59,183 bases of DNA from Chthoniobacteraceae bacterium (GTDB lineage Bacteria; Verrucomicrobiota; Verrucomicrobiia; Chthoniobacterales; Chthoniobacteraceae). Under the pieces are notes generated by a model. It was given only the letters and a program-made list of their open reading frames with translations. It was not told the origin of the DNA and did no database searches. The stretch spans positions 1 to 59,183 of the forward strand of contig JANNWY010000230.1 of NCBI GenBank assembly GCA_031409335.1. Reading direction: 5' to 3'. Each line of letters opens with the position of its first letter. Positions within the stretch are counted from its first letter, which is position 1. The position numbers and the translations under genes were made by a program. This document shows positions 49,288 to 59,183 of this stretch, piece by piece.

Positions 49288-51327
49288 CTACTCCTGCCGC
49301 GGTTCGACGCCGAGCAGGTGGCGCACGAAAAAATCCCGCCGCCGCCGGATGCCGTATGGATTTTCGGCGGAGCCGTGGCCGGTGCCGGTCATCACGATGA
49401 GATCGAAATCCTTGTCCGCTTTTTCGAGCGCGTTCACGACTTGCATCGTCGAGGCGGGATCGACGTTGCGATCCAGCTCGCCGACGAAAAGCAGCAGCTT
49501 GCCCTGCGTCTTCGCGGCGTTCGTCATGTTCGATTGCTCCGCGTAATGCGGCCCGATCGGCCAGCCCATCCACTGCTCGTTCCACCAGATTTTATCCATG
49601 CGGTTGTCGTGGCAGCCGCAGTCGGCAACGGCCACTTTGTAGAAATCGCCATGCGCCTGCAGCGCCCGCAGCGCGCTCTGCCCGCCCGCGCTTCCACCGT
49701 AAATTCCAACCCGCGCGAGGTCCATCTCGGGATGCTTCGCTGCCGCCGCTTTCAACCACAGGATGCGATCGGGAAAGCCGGAGTCGCCGAGATTTTTCCA
49801 GCACACGTCGTGGAATTTCTTCGAGCGGTTCGACGTTCCCATCCCGTCGATCTGCACCACGATTAAGCCAATCTCCGCCATGCTCTGCGGGCCGTGCCAC
49901 TCGCGAAAGGCGACTGGCACAAACGAGTCGTGCGGCCCGGCGTAGATTTGCTCGATCACCGGATATTTTTTCGCCGGATCGAAATTTGCCGGGCGAAAAA
50001 TCGCGCCGCAAATATCCGTCGTGCCATCGCGCCCCTTCGCGGTGAAACGCTCCGGCAGTTGCCAGCCAGCGGGGGGCTGCGCGCGTTCGAGTTCGCAGAT
50101 GAGTTTGCCATCCGCATCGCGCAGTTCAGTTACATTCGCGAGATCCACGCGCGACCACGCATCGATGAAGAAGCGGCGATCCGGCGACCAGTCGATGCGA
50201 TGCGAGCCGTCGCCTTCCGTCAAAATCACGAGCCCCGTGCCGTCGAAATTCACGCTGCAGTAGTGGATGAAATACGGATCGTGCCCCGGACGAATCCCAC
50301 CCGCGCGAAACCAAATCTGCCGCTTCTCATCGTCCACGCGATCGACTGCACGCACGACCCACTCGCCACGCGTGATCTGATTTTTCACCTGCCCATTCGC
50401 CGCATCAAAGAGCCACAAATGATTCCACCCATCGCGCTCCGACATCCACACCACTTCATGCGCCGCGTCCGCGTAGTGCGCGAACTGCTTCCCCGAATAA
50501 CACACGAACGTCGCGCTATGCTCATCCACGATCGCGCGCGTCGCACCCGTCTCCGCCTCGACCGCGACGATGCGCAGCACCTGATGCCCGCGCTGATTAT
50601 AGACAAACGTGAAGCGCCGCGAATCCGGCTCCCAGCGCACATTTTCGATACTCCACGGATTCGGAAGAAGCGCATCCGCGAGGGGAAGCTCCGCGCGCGT
50701 CGCGATGTCGAAAAGGTGCGGTTTTTCCTGCGGGATGCGGTCGCCCGGCTTGAGATAGTCGTAGCTCTGGAGCTTGGGCTGGAGCTGATCTTTCGGCGAC
50801 GACTCGATCAGATAGACCTTCCGCTCGTCCCCCTTCAATTCGCGCATCGCCACCAGCCGGCGCGAATCGGGCGACCACGCAAAATCCACTTTGTAACCAT
50901 CCGCCGCGGTGCCCCCGGTCGAGAGATGAATCTCCTCGTTGCCCGGCACCGCCCGCACCCAAAGATTCGCCTCGCGCACGAACGCCTTCCATTTCCCATC
51001 GGGCGAAGTGGCGCGCGTTTCGTCTTCTTTCCGCCTGTCCCGTTTTTCCACCGCGTCCTGCTTTGGCACCGGCCACGGAGCGGCTGCGGATGTAGTGCGG
51101 GAGCCGCTCGCCGCCGCCACGGTCACAAATTCCTCCCCGCCATTCGCGAGCTGGCGTCGATACCAAAACTGATTTCCATCCGGCGACCAGTGCGGCTCGA
51201 TCTTGAGATTCAGCACCTTCCCGCGCGACTCATCACGCAATCGGTCCGCGCGTTCGTAGTCGGCTTTCCGGCCCTGGCCAAACGCGAGCGTCGTGATGAA
51301 AAGAAATAGGATCGGAAGAATCCGCAT
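49288..51327 (-). CDS. S9B dipeptidyl-peptidase IV-family protein
   Basis: Signal peptide, [20 protein letters not shown] nucleophile, DRNVD and GTGHG. Confidence 0.9.
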   Translation of the reverse strand: MRILPILFLFITTLAFGQGRKADYERADRLRDESRGKVLNLKIEPHWSPDGNQFWYRRQLANGGEEFVTVAAASGSRTTSAAAPWPVPKQDAVEKRDRRKEDETRATSPDGKWKAFVREANLWVRAVPGNEEIHLSTGGTAADGYKVDFAWSPDSRRLVAMRELKGDERKVYLIESSPKDQLQPKLQSYDYLKPGDRIPQEKPHLFDIATRAELPLADALLPNPWSIENVRWEPDSRRFTFVYNQRGHQVLRIVAVEAETGATRAIVDEHSATFVCYSGKQFAHYADAAHEVVWMSERDGWNHLWLFDAANGQVKNQITRGEWVVRAVDRVDDEKRQIWFRAGGIRPGHDPYFIHYCSVNFDGTGLVILTEGDGSHRIDWSPDRRFFIDAWSRVDLANVTELRDADGKLICELERAQPPAGWQLPERFTAKGRDGTTDICGAIFRPANFDPAKKYPVIEQIYAGPHDSFVPVAFREWHGPQSMAEIGLIVVQIDGMGTSNRSKKFHDVCWKNLGDSGFPDRILWLKAAAAKHPEMDLARVGIYGGSAGGQSALRALQAHGDFYKVAVADCGCHDNRMDKIWWNEQWMGWPIGPHYAEQSNMTNAAKTQGKLLLFVGELDRNVDPASTMQVVNALEKADKDFDLIVMTGTGHGSAENPYGIRRRRDFFVRHLLGVEPRQE

Positions 51328-51473
51328 GGCGCGCATGATGCACGTCTGCCGCCGCACGGGGAGGCGAAAACATGCGGATGGCGGCATTCAATGGGAAGAG
51401 CGCGCCGGGCACTCCTGCTGCTGCCTACTTCTTACTTCTTCCTCGCCGCCCTTTGTGTAGAACGCCCATGCGC

Positions 51474-52199
51474 ATGTCCGAACCGACCGATTCCCTCCGC
51501 CTCACGCCGCACGACGAGTCGCCGCCGGTGCATCTCATTGCGCGTTCGCAATTCCGCATCGGACGCTCGCCGGATGACGCCGATTGGGTCGCGCGTTTTC
51601 AGCCCGAGACGCCGGAGAACGATGTCTTCACGAATGAAATCGGGCGCGTCCACATCGTCGGCGAAATCGTCCAGGGACGCCCCGCGTTGCGCGATGGCAA
51701 CGGCACCGAGCCGAGCATCAACGGCTCCACTTTCAACGGCCAGCCGCTCACGGCAACTGCCGGCGTGCCGGTGCGGCGGCGCGGCATTCTCACGCTCGGC
51801 GAATTGTACGCCATCGACCTCGTCCCGCTCTTTTCCGTGCCCGATGATTTTTTGGTCGCCGGACTTCCCGAGTGGCACAATCAGCCATCGGCTCTTCATG
51901 GCGCGATCGTTTTCGCGCCCCGCCTTTTCGAGGCGACGCTGCGCGATGCCGTGTGGATTTTCACGCGGCTCGACTTCGCCCTGCGCCCCACCGGCGGTCC
52001 CGCGTGGCTGCCGCCTGATCCGGAAAATGTCGCGACGTTTCTGCGCTGTAACGGTGAATTCTGGCTCGTGAACGCCAACCTCCCCAACGGCGAACTCATC
52101 GTGGACAGCCACGATTTGAGCGATGGCGACGCCGTCCCGCTCACGACCGCGCGCACGCTGCGGCTTGGCGCGCGCGAGTATTCGATCGCGCTCGCGTAA
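51474..52199 (+). CDS. FHA-like domain protein
   Basis: FRIGRS...IGRVH...SINGST pattern. Confidence 0.65.
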   Translation: MSEPTDSLRLTPHDESPPVHLIARSQFRIGRSPDDADWVARFQPETPENDVFTNEIGRVHIVGEIVQGRPALRDGNGTEPSINGSTFNGQPLTATAGVPVRRRGILTLGELYAIDLVPLFSVPDDFLVAGLPEWHNQPSALHGAIVFAPRLFEATLRDAVWIFTRLDFALRPTGGPAWLPPDPENVATFLRCNGEFWLVNANLPNGELIVDSHDLSDGDAVPLTTARTLRLGAREYSIALA

Positions 52200-52283
52200 A
52201 CCGCCGCGGCATCGGCAGGCGATGCGATTGCGTGAGAGCGGGATTGAATCGGCACCGCGCGAGGGCCATGACTTCCCGCGGTT

Positions 52284-53510
52284 TTGAATTCCCTGACGCT
52301 TATCGAAGTGCTCCGCCGCAGGAGTGCGCTGCCGGTCGAAGAGATCTGGCGGTTGCTCGATGGTTTGCCGGCGTTGCTGGATGAAGCGGAGCGGCAGGGC
52401 GACTCGCCGGCTGCGCAGTTGCTGCTCACGGTGCGGGTGGTTTTTGAAAACGACGCGCAGAAAGATTGCGCGAGTCGCTCGGTCAGCGAGTGGCCGCCGT
52501 TTCATCTGGATTTGATCGCGGATGCGGCGCAGGGCAAGAGGACGGGGATGCCTGATTCGCCCAGGGCAAATCCGCCGGCGCGATTCGCGGCGCTGCTTCA
52601 CGAAATGCTCGGCGGCCCGCATCGCGCCGACGGCGCGCGGCCTCCGCTGGCGGCGCTCGACGAGGCGGCAAATCGCACGTTGCAGCGGGCGCTGGCTGGC
52701 GGCGGTTTTGGGAGTTGCGCGGAGTTTTGGCGGGAATTCCTGCGCGAATCCGGGAGCCCGCAACGGGGGATGTGCATCGCGTCGCGGCTGCCGGGCAGTG
52801 GCACGCCGGGCCAGGTGCTGCGGCTGATTCCGCGCGATGCTTCGATGCCGATTCGCCTCTGCGCGCGCGCGCGATTCTGCATCGGGCGCTCGCTCGCGGA
52901 GGCGGATTTACCGACCCGCTTTCACCCGAAGACGCCGGACAACGAAACGCGCACGCATCAAATCGGACGGGTCCATGTGTGCGGCGAAATCATCGACGGC
53001 CAGCCGACGCTGCGGGATGGCAATGGCACGGCGGCGAGCGAGAACGGCTCGACGCTCGACGAGTGGCCGCTCGCGCACGATCGGGCGACGCCGATTCTGC
53101 AAAGCGGGGTGCTGACGCTCGCCGGTCATTTCGCATTGGCGGTCGTGCCGCACCTCGCGCCGATGGATGATTTCGCGATCGAAACACTCCCCACAATCGC
53201 CGGCGGCCGCGCGCCGGAACTTCGCGGTGCCATCATCTTCGCACGGTGCGATGGCGAGCCGCTCCTGCGCGAATCGGTGTGGCTGTTCACCCGCGTCGAT
53301 TTTACCCTCGGCCAAGACGACCGCGTGATCTGGCTGCCGCCGGGCAAAGGGAATCACGCGGCGTTCCTCCGCATCGGCGGATGCTTCTGGCTCGTGAATG
53401 CGAATCTGGGCGGCGAGACGGCGAGCCTCGGCGTCGGCGAGGCGGCTCCGCTGACTGCCGGCCAAACGCTGCGGCTCGGTGCGCGCGAGTATTCAGTCGA
53501 GATCGAGTGA
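52284..53510 (+). CDS. Paralog of the upstream FHA-like protein with an extra degenerate kinase-like N-terminus
   Basis: C-terminal part shares IGRS, IGRVH, LRDGNG, NGST, FTR.DF, FWLVNANL, LRLGAREYS; TTG start. Confidence 0.65.
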   Translation: MNSLTLIEVLRRRSALPVEEIWRLLDGLPALLDEAERQGDSPAAQLLLTVRVVFENDAQKDCASRSVSEWPPFHLDLIADAAQGKRTGMPDSPRANPPARFAALLHEMLGGPHRADGARPPLAALDEAANRTLQRALAGGGFGSCAEFWREFLRESGSPQRGMCIASRLPGSGTPGQVLRLIPRDASMPIRLCARARFCIGRSLAEADLPTRFHPKTPDNETRTHQIGRVHVCGEIIDGQPTLRDGNGTAASENGSTLDEWPLAHDRATPILQSGVLTLAGHFALAVVPHLAPMDDFAIETLPTIAGGRAPELRGAIIFARCDGEPLLRESVWLFTRVDFTLGQDDRVIWLPPGKGNHAAFLRIGGCFWLVNANLGGETASLGVGEAAPLTAGQTLRLGAREYSVEIE

Positions 53511-53513
53511 GCG

Positions 53514-54551
53514 TCACACCAGCCCCGTCGTCTCCGCCCAGCCGCACATCGCATTGAGCGATTGCACGGCCTGCCCCGCCGCGCCCTTCGTCAGATTATC
53601 CTCCGCGCTCAACAGCACGAAACGGCCAGTGCGCGGATCGTGCCGCCACGCGATATCGACGAAGTTCGTGAACGTCACGTGCTTCGTATCCGGCAGCGCA
53701 TTTCCGGTCAGCAGCCGGATGAACGGCTCGCGCCCATACGTTTCGCTGAAGGCATTCGCGATGTGCCACGGTTCCGTGCCATCCGCGGGCGCGCAATGGA
53801 TCGTCGTATGAATGCCGCGATTCACCGGGACGAGGTGCGGCGCAAAGTCGATCGTGACGCGCTCACCCGCCGCGAGCGAAAGCTCCTGCTCGATCTCCGC
53901 GAGATGGCGGTGTTTGGGAATGCTGTAGGCGCGCAGGCTTTCGTTGCACTCGGCGAAAAGAATATCCGTTTTCGCATTCCGCCCCGCTCCGCTCACGCCG
54001 CTCATCGAGCAGACGACGATGCTCTGCGGTTTGATGAGCCGCCGTTGCAGTAGCGGATGCAGCGGCAGGATGATGCTCGTCGGATAACACCCCGGCGACG
54101 CGACCAACTGCGCCGCTTTGATCTTCTCCCGATAAATCTCCGGCAACCCGTAAACGCTCATCGCCGCCAGCTCCGGCGCGTGATGGGCCTCGCCGTAAAA
54201 CTCTTCGTAAACCGCGACATCCTTGATCCGAAAATCCGCGCTCAGATCGATCACCCGCAAGCCCGCGGCGACGAGTGGCCGCGCAAATTCCGTCGCCACG
54301 CCGTGTGGCAGCGCGAGGAAAACGAAGCGCGCTCCAGTTGCGATGATCTTTTCCACGTCCGACTCGATGAACGCCACGTCCGCGAATCGCAGCCCCGCGA
54401 ATTTCGGAAACACCTGCGCGATCGTCTGCCCGGCGAGCTGGCGCGAAGTCAGCGCGACCAGATCCACGCCCGGATGCCGGATCAGCAGCCGCACGAGTTC
54501 CTCGCCCGAATAACCGCTGGCACCGACGACGACGACTTTTTCAAGATTCAT
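53514..54551 (-). CDS. argC: N-acetyl-gamma-glutamyl-phosphate reductase
   Basis: GASGYSG, ALPHG, IDLSADFR, PGCYPT, SGVSGAG, DNLTKGAAGQAVQ. Confidence 0.97.
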   Translation of the reverse strand: MNLEKVVVVGASGYSGEELVRLLIRHPGVDLVALTSRQLAGQTIAQVFPKFAGLRFADVAFIESDVEKIIATGARFVFLALPHGVATEFARPLVAAGLRVIDLSADFRIKDVAVYEEFYGEAHHAPELAAMSVYGLPEIYREKIKAAQLVASPGCYPTSIILPLHPLLQRRLIKPQSIVVCSMSGVSGAGRNAKTDILFAECNESLRAYSIPKHRHLAEIEQELSLAAGERVTIDFAPHLVPVNRGIHTTIHCAPADGTEPWHIANAFSETYGREPFIRLLTGNALPDTKHVTFTNFVDIAWRHDPRTGRFVLLSAEDNLTKGAAGQAVQSLNAMCGWAETTGLV

Positions 54552-54651
54552 GAAGCGGCGACGTTAGAAGCGCCCGCCTCGCTTGCAAAATCCAAATTCC
54601 TCCATGTCCCCGCAGCCTTGACGAAACGTTGCCGTCGGAAAACGCTCGCGC

Positions 54652-55527
54652 ATGACTCTGCCGGATGCCTCTTCCCCCGGTGCCCGCTTCCGCGCGGCGA
54701 TCGCTGCGGAGCGGCCATTGCAAATCCCCGGCGCGATCCATGCCTACAGCGCGATGCTCGCGGAGCGCGCGGGTTTTCGTTCGCTGTATCTCTCCGGCGC
54801 GGGCGTGGCAAATGCCTCGCGCGGCATTCCCGATCTCGGTTTCACCACGCTCGATGATGTGCTCACCGATGTCCGCCGGATTGTCGCGGCGACGAATTTG
54901 CCGCTGCTCGTGGACGCGGATACCGGCTGGGATGACCCGGCGCAAACCGTGCGCGCAATGATCGACGCGGGCGTGGCGGGCATTCACATCGAAGATCAGG
55001 TCGAGGCAAAACGCTGCGGTCACCGACCCGGCAAGCAGCTCGTGTCGTCGGAGGAAATGGCCGCGCGGATCGAGGCGGCGGTGGCGGGAAAGACGGACGC
55101 GGATTTCATCGTGATGGCGCGCACGGATGCGCTCGCCGTCGAGGGACTGGACGCCGCGCTCGCCCGGGCCGTTCGCTACCGCGACGCCGGAGCCGACATG
55201 ATCTTCGCGGAAGCCTGCACCGACCTCGCGCAGTTCGCCGCCTTCACCCGCGCGCTCGGCGTGCCCGTGCTCGCAAACATCACCGAGTTCGGCAAGACCC
55301 CGCTTTTCACGACGGACGAATTGCGTGATGCCGGAATCGCGATGGTGCTCTACCCGCTCTCCGCATTCCGCGCGATGAACGCCGCCGCGCTCGCCACCTA
55401 TAGCGCGATCCGCACCGACGGCACCCAGCGCGCCGTCATCGACCGGATGCAGACGCGCGACGAGCTTTACGAAGTCCTCAACTACCACGCGGCCGAGCAG
55501 CAACTCGACCGCGACTCCAAACCATGA
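54652..55527 (+). CDS. prpB: 2-methylisocitrate lyase
   Basis: [41 protein letters not shown]. Confidence 0.93.
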   Translation: MTLPDASSPGARFRAAIAAERPLQIPGAIHAYSAMLAERAGFRSLYLSGAGVANASRGIPDLGFTTLDDVLTDVRRIVAATNLPLLVDADTGWDDPAQTVRAMIDAGVAGIHIEDQVEAKRCGHRPGKQLVSSEEMAARIEAAVAGKTDADFIVMARTDALAVEGLDAALARAVRYRDAGADMIFAEACTDLAQFAAFTRALGVPVLANITEFGKTPLFTTDELRDAGIAMVLYPLSAFRAMNAAALATYSAIRTDGTQRAVIDRMQTRDELYEVLNYHAAEQQLDRDSKP

Positions 55528-56693
55528 GCGAAGCCAAAAAGAAAATCGCCCTCTCCGGCGTCGTCGCCGGGGAAACCGCCATCTGCACCGTCGGCAAGGA
55601 AGGCGTCGGCCTCACCTACCGCGGCTACACCATCGAAGACCTCGCCGCCCACGCCACCTATGAGGAAACCGCATGGCTCGTCCTCCACGGCGAGCTTCCC
55701 ACCCGCGTGCAGCTCGACGCCTTCCGCGAACAGCTCATCGCACTCCGCGCACTCCCGCCGACGCTAAAGCAGGCGCTGGAGCCAATCCCCGCCGACGCGC
55801 ACCCGATGGACGTCCTCCGCACCGGCTGTTCCATCCTCGGCACGATCGAGCCCGAAGAAAGTAGCGCAGCCGCCCCGGCTGTGAAAAGTCCCGCGGGCGC
55901 CCCGCCCGCACGCGACGGCCTCGCCGTCGCGCTCCGCCTGCTCGCCGCCTTTCCCGGGATACTCCTCTACTGGCACCACTTCACACACGGCAGGCGGCGC
56001 ATCGAAACCGCCACAAACGAACCCGGCGTCGCCGCGCATTTTCTCCACCTGCTCCACGGCAGATCGCCCTCGCCCGAACTCGCGCGCGCGATGGACGTGT
56101 CGCTCATCCTTTATACGGAACACGAGTTCAACGCCTCGACCTTCGCCTGCCGCGTCGTCGCCGGCACCGGCTCCGACTTTTACTCCTGCGTCTGCGCGGG
56201 CATCGGCGCACTGCGCGGCCCGCTGCACGGCGGCGCGAATGAAGCCGCGATGGCCGTGATCGAAACGTATCCCAACGCTGATGCCGCCGAGGCGGGAGTG
56301 CTGGAGGCGCTTGCGAAAAAACAAGTCGTCATGGGCTTCGGCCACCCCGTCTATCGCAGCAGCGATCCGCGCTCGGACATCGTCAAATCGTGGTCGCGAA
56401 AACTCGCCGAGCACCACGCCGAAGCTCATCTTTACAGCGTCTCCGAACGCATAGAGGCGGTGATGAAACGCGAGAAAAACCTCTTCCCGAATCTCGATTT
56501 CTTCAGCGCCAGCGCCTTCCATTTCCTCGGCGTCCCGACCTCGATGTTCACGCCGATCTTCGTCTTCGCGCGCATCGCCGGCTGGGCCGCGCACATCCTC
56601 GAACAACGCGAAAACCGCCGCCTGATCCGCCCCACCGCCGAATACACCGGCCCGGAACCCCGCGCCTTCGTACCGCGCGCACAACGCGGCTGA
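55524..56693 (+). CDS. prpC: 2-methylcitrate synthase
   Basis: [51 protein letters not shown] overlap with prpB. Confidence 0.9.
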   Translation: MSEAKKKIALSGVVAGETAICTVGKEGVGLTYRGYTIEDLAAHATYEETAWLVLHGELPTRVQLDAFREQLIALRALPPTLKQALEPIPADAHPMDVLRTGCSILGTIEPEESSAAAPAVKSPAGAPPARDGLAVALRLLAAFPGILLYWHHFTHGRRRIETATNEPGVAAHFLHLLHGRSPSPELARAMDVSLILYTEHEFNASTFACRVVAGTGSDFYSCVCAGIGALRGPLHGGANEAAMAVIETYPNADAAEAGVLEALAKKQVVMGFGHPVYRSSDPRSDIVKSWSRKLAEHHAEAHLYSVSERIEAVMKREKNLFPNLDFFSASAFHFLGVPTSMFTPIFVFARIAGWAAHILEQRENRRLIRPTAEYTGPEPRAFVPRAQRG

Positions 56694-56756
56694 TGGCCGG
56701 TGCCTGCTGCCTGCCTTATGCCTGCGCCCGCGCGGGCGTCGCGTTCCCGAATCCGG

Positions 56757-57161
56757 TTACGGTTGCGTCCAGTCCTCGATTGTCAGGCCGGTGACGCGGG
56801 AGAATTCCCCTGTGTTATTCGTCACCAGGGTTGCCCCGTGCGCGAGCGCGGTCGCGGCGATCCAAAGATCGTTCCCTCCAATCACTGCGCCCCGCGCTTC
56901 GAGGTCGGCGCGAATGCGCGCGTAGTGTTCGGCCACTTCCTCGGTGAGTTCCACGATCTCGTGTGCTTCGAGCAGCCTTTCGATTTCTCGCAACACTCGC
57001 TCGGGCTGGCCGGATTTCTCCGCACCGACGAGCAACTCCGCATACACCGTCAGCGGGATTGCGAGATCCTCCGCGCGATGCTGCCCCCAGCGCTGGGTCA
57101 ACTGCGGATGCCGCCCACGCAGGTGCATGATGCATGCATTCGTGTCGAGGAACCAAGCCAT
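56757..57161 (-). CDS. vapC: VapC-family PIN toxin
   Basis: FLDTNACI, ELLVGA, IGGNDLWIAATAL, LVTNN..EF.RV.GL..EDW. Confidence 0.92.
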   Translation of the reverse strand: MAWFLDTNACIMHLRGRHPQLTQRWGQHRAEDLAIPLTVYAELLVGAEKSGQPERVLREIERLLEAHEIVELTEEVAEHYARIRADLEARGAVIGGNDLWIAATALAHGATLVTNNTGEFSRVTGLTIEDWTQP

Positions 57162-57170
57162 GCCCGCACC

Positions 57171-57431
57171 CTACAAATCCAGCGGCGCGATCACTCCTGG
57201 CAGCGGGTCCGCCGGCTCGCGAAAATCCTCCACATCCGCCAGCGCGCCACGCGTGCGCTCGAACCAGCCGCGCGGATAACCCATCTCATCGCGCTCACCC
57301 GCGCCATGCGCCCCCCGCCGCCCGGCGATACGCACGCCGATCCATTCTGCGAGACTCATATGCGCCCGCCGCGCCTTCTCCGAGGCGACGCGTGCCGCTT
57401 CGTCGGGCAGTTCGATGGTCAATGTTGTCAT
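57171..57431 (-). CDS. Putative VapB-type antitoxin
   Basis: MTTLTIELPDE start, GYPRGWFE..GAL...F.EP tail; 9 nt upstream of vapC. Confidence 0.75.
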   Translation of the reverse strand: MTTLTIELPDEAARVASEKARRAHMSLAEWIGVRIAGRRGAHGAGERDEMGYPRGWFERTRGALADVEDFREPADPLPGVIAPLDL

Positions 57432-57470
57432 GCCTTGCATCGTAGCACGCAGAGCGATACGCGCCAGCAC

Positions 57471-57496
57471 CCTCGTTCCCAAGTTTGGGAACGAGG
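57471..57496. repeat. Perfect palindrome, REP-like
   Basis: CCTCGTTCCCAA-GT-TTGGGAACGAGG, 12-bp arms. Confidence 0.7.
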
Positions 57497-57657
57497 AGCT
57501 ATTTGCATTGACGCCCCGCTCCCGTCTCCCTTCTCATCCCGACCAGTCAAAAGCATTGACGCACCGGGTTTCCTTTCCCTCCATGAGTTGCGGTGAAAGA
57601 CGGAGGAGGATCGAAGGCTGCCGCGTCACTCCCGCAGCCTCGAAAGGAATTACCCGA

Positions 57658-59076
57658 ATGAAAACACTCTCAGCGATGGCGTTCGCCCTGGCGGCGCTCC
57701 TCTTCACCGGCACTCTGCCCGCGCAGGTGCCGCAACTCATCAACTACCAGGGCCGCGTCGCCGTCGGCACGGTGAATTTCGACGGCTCCGGCCAGTTCAA
57801 ATTCGCCCTCGTAAATGCCGATGGCACCGCGACCTACTGGAGCAACGACGGCACCAGCGCCGCCGGGAGCCAGCCCGCGGATGCCGTCACGCTCTCCGTC
57901 ACCAAGGGCCTCTACTCCGTCCTCCTCGGCGATGCCACGCTGCCAAACATGACGGTCGTGCCCGCCGCGGTCTTCACGAATCCCGACGTGCGCCTGCGCG
58001 TGTGGTTCAGCGATGGCATGAACGGCTCCCAGCTTCTCACACCCGACCAGCGCATCGCGGCGGTAGGTTACGCCATGATGGCGGGTAACGTCCAGGACGG
58101 TGCGATCACCAGCGCGAAGATCGCCAGCTGCGCGGTGGGCAGCGTGCAGTTAGCTCCCAATCTGACGCTCGGCGGCACCACCACGGGCACGTTTGCGGGC
58201 GGCGGCACCACCGCTTTCCAGACCGTCGCCGGGACTTCGCAGAACGCGACGGCAAATTCCAACTACCTACTGACCAACGCCGCCTTGAGCACCGTCACCC
58301 TTCCGTCCGCGCCAGCCGTAGGCGATGTAGTGCGGATCAATGGCGTCGGCGCTGGTGGCTGGCAAGCCGCTCCGAACTCCGGCCAGTCCATCGTCGGTTT
58401 GGAAACGATGGGTGTTGCGGCGGGTGTGACTTGGACGCCGCGCGAAAGTAATCGCGCTTGGTTGGGCATCGCATCTTCGGCGGATGGCACCAAGCTGTTG
58501 GCGGCTGCGGATAATGGTCAGCTCTATACCTCCACGGATTCCGGCGTCACCTGGACCGCACGGGAAAGCAATCGGAATTGGCGCCACGTCGCCTCATCGT
58601 CCGATGGCATCAAGCTGGTGGCGGTGGCGAACATTGACCAGATTTACACCTCGGGCGATTCCGGCGTGACTCGGACTCCCCGGGAAAGCGTGCGCGGTTG
58701 GTGGAGCGTGGCCTCATCATCCGATGGCACCAAGCTCGTTGCGGGTGTGACCGGCGGCCGACTCTACACCTCGGCGGATTCCGGCGTGACATGGACTCCG
58801 CGGGAGAGCAATCGCTCGTGGGTGGACATCGCCTCCTCCTCCGATGGCGTCAAGCTCCTGGCCGCCGCAGGGCAAAGCGGCCAGCTTTACACCTCGACAG
58901 ATTCCGGCGCGGCTTGGACTGCTCGGGAGAGCAATCGTTTTTGGGTGAGCGTCGGGTCTTCCTCCGACGGCACCAAGCTGGTCGCCGGAGTGGACGGTGG
59001 CCAAATCTACACTTCGACAGATTCCGGCGTGACTTGGATAGCTAGGGCCTGTCCCACCGGTGACCGATTTCGTTAA
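57658..59076 (+). CDS. Secreted BNR/Asp-box repeat protein, 3'-truncated by an insertion
   Basis: Signal peptide, QVPQLINYQGR N-domain, about 39-aa repeats SSDGTKL...YTSTDSGVTWT.RES that break at WIAR|ACPT. Confidence 0.8.
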   Translation: MKTLSAMAFALAALLFTGTLPAQVPQLINYQGRVAVGTVNFDGSGQFKFALVNADGTATYWSNDGTSAAGSQPADAVTLSVTKGLYSVLLGDATLPNMTVVPAAVFTNPDVRLRVWFSDGMNGSQLLTPDQRIAAVGYAMMAGNVQDGAITSAKIASCAVGSVQLAPNLTLGGTTTGTFAGGGTTAFQTVAGTSQNATANSNYLLTNAALSTVTLPSAPAVGDVVRINGVGAGGWQAAPNSGQSIVGLETMGVAAGVTWTPRESNRAWLGIASSADGTKLLAAADNGQLYTSTDSGVTWTARESNRNWRHVASSSDGIKLVAVANIDQIYTSGDSGVTRTPRESVRGWWSVASSSDGTKLVAGVTGGRLYTSADSGVTWTPRESNRSWVDIASSSDGVKLLAAAGQSGQLYTSTDSGAAWTARESNRFWVSVGSSSDGTKLVAGVDGGQIYTSTDSGVTWIARACPTGDRFR

Positions 59077-59183
59077 GCCGGTTGGTGTTGGTGGGAGCGC
59101 GGGGCGTCGATTGGGCCTTCGATGGTTCGGTTTGGCTCGCCGGCGTTGGTTCTGGCTCCTCGGCAGCCGTTTTTTTAGCGACT
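59046..59183 (-). mobile_element. Probable end of an insertion sequence (IS5/IS1182-like), continuing beyond the window
   Basis: CTAG|GGCCTGTCCCACC junction exactly where the repeat breaks; open minus-strand frame ends ...GHRWDRP* on the TAG of CTAG. Confidence 0.55.

Noticed and set aside
58420..59045. Regular ~117-nt repeats resembling a CRISPR array
   Set aside because: In-frame coding BNR repeats with synonymous variation; no unique spacers and no cas genes

Overview
High-GC bacterial chromosome segment. Gene content (DUF1501, TIGR03067-like, PEP-CTERM proteins, long GreA, a 'VSRKxHG...GDVN' C-terminal module) points to Verrucomicrobiota, probably Chthoniobacterales-like (inference). Housekeeping genes (GH3 nagZ-like, accD, folC, rpe, mgtE, cysK, pilT pair, greA, sucB, aas, argC, prpB/prpC, tRNA-Val(CAC)) are interleaved with secreted/surface proteins, toxin-antitoxin modules and decayed gene fragments. 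Best candidates for a new system: (1) 30814-34507, a secreted matrixin-type metalloprotease with a C-terminal dockerin-like module encoded directly upstream of a small PEP-CTERM protein that looks cohesin-like, i.e. a possible exosortase-anchored cohesin-dockerin protease display pair; (2) 9648-14397, a sigma-54 activator divergent from a VIT/vWA-GlyGly-CTERM gene, a small membrane protein and a rhombosortase. Also read directly from the sequence: a 215-bp MITE with a 5-bp target duplication splitting an antitoxin-like gene, an IS-like end truncating the last gene, a 40-aa membrane sORF before mgtE, a heptamer array inside sucB, a GTAG-type REP doublet and tandem FHA-like paralogs. All calls are by eye from motifs; no searches were run. 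No CRISPR array, rRNA or intact integrase/transposase was seen.
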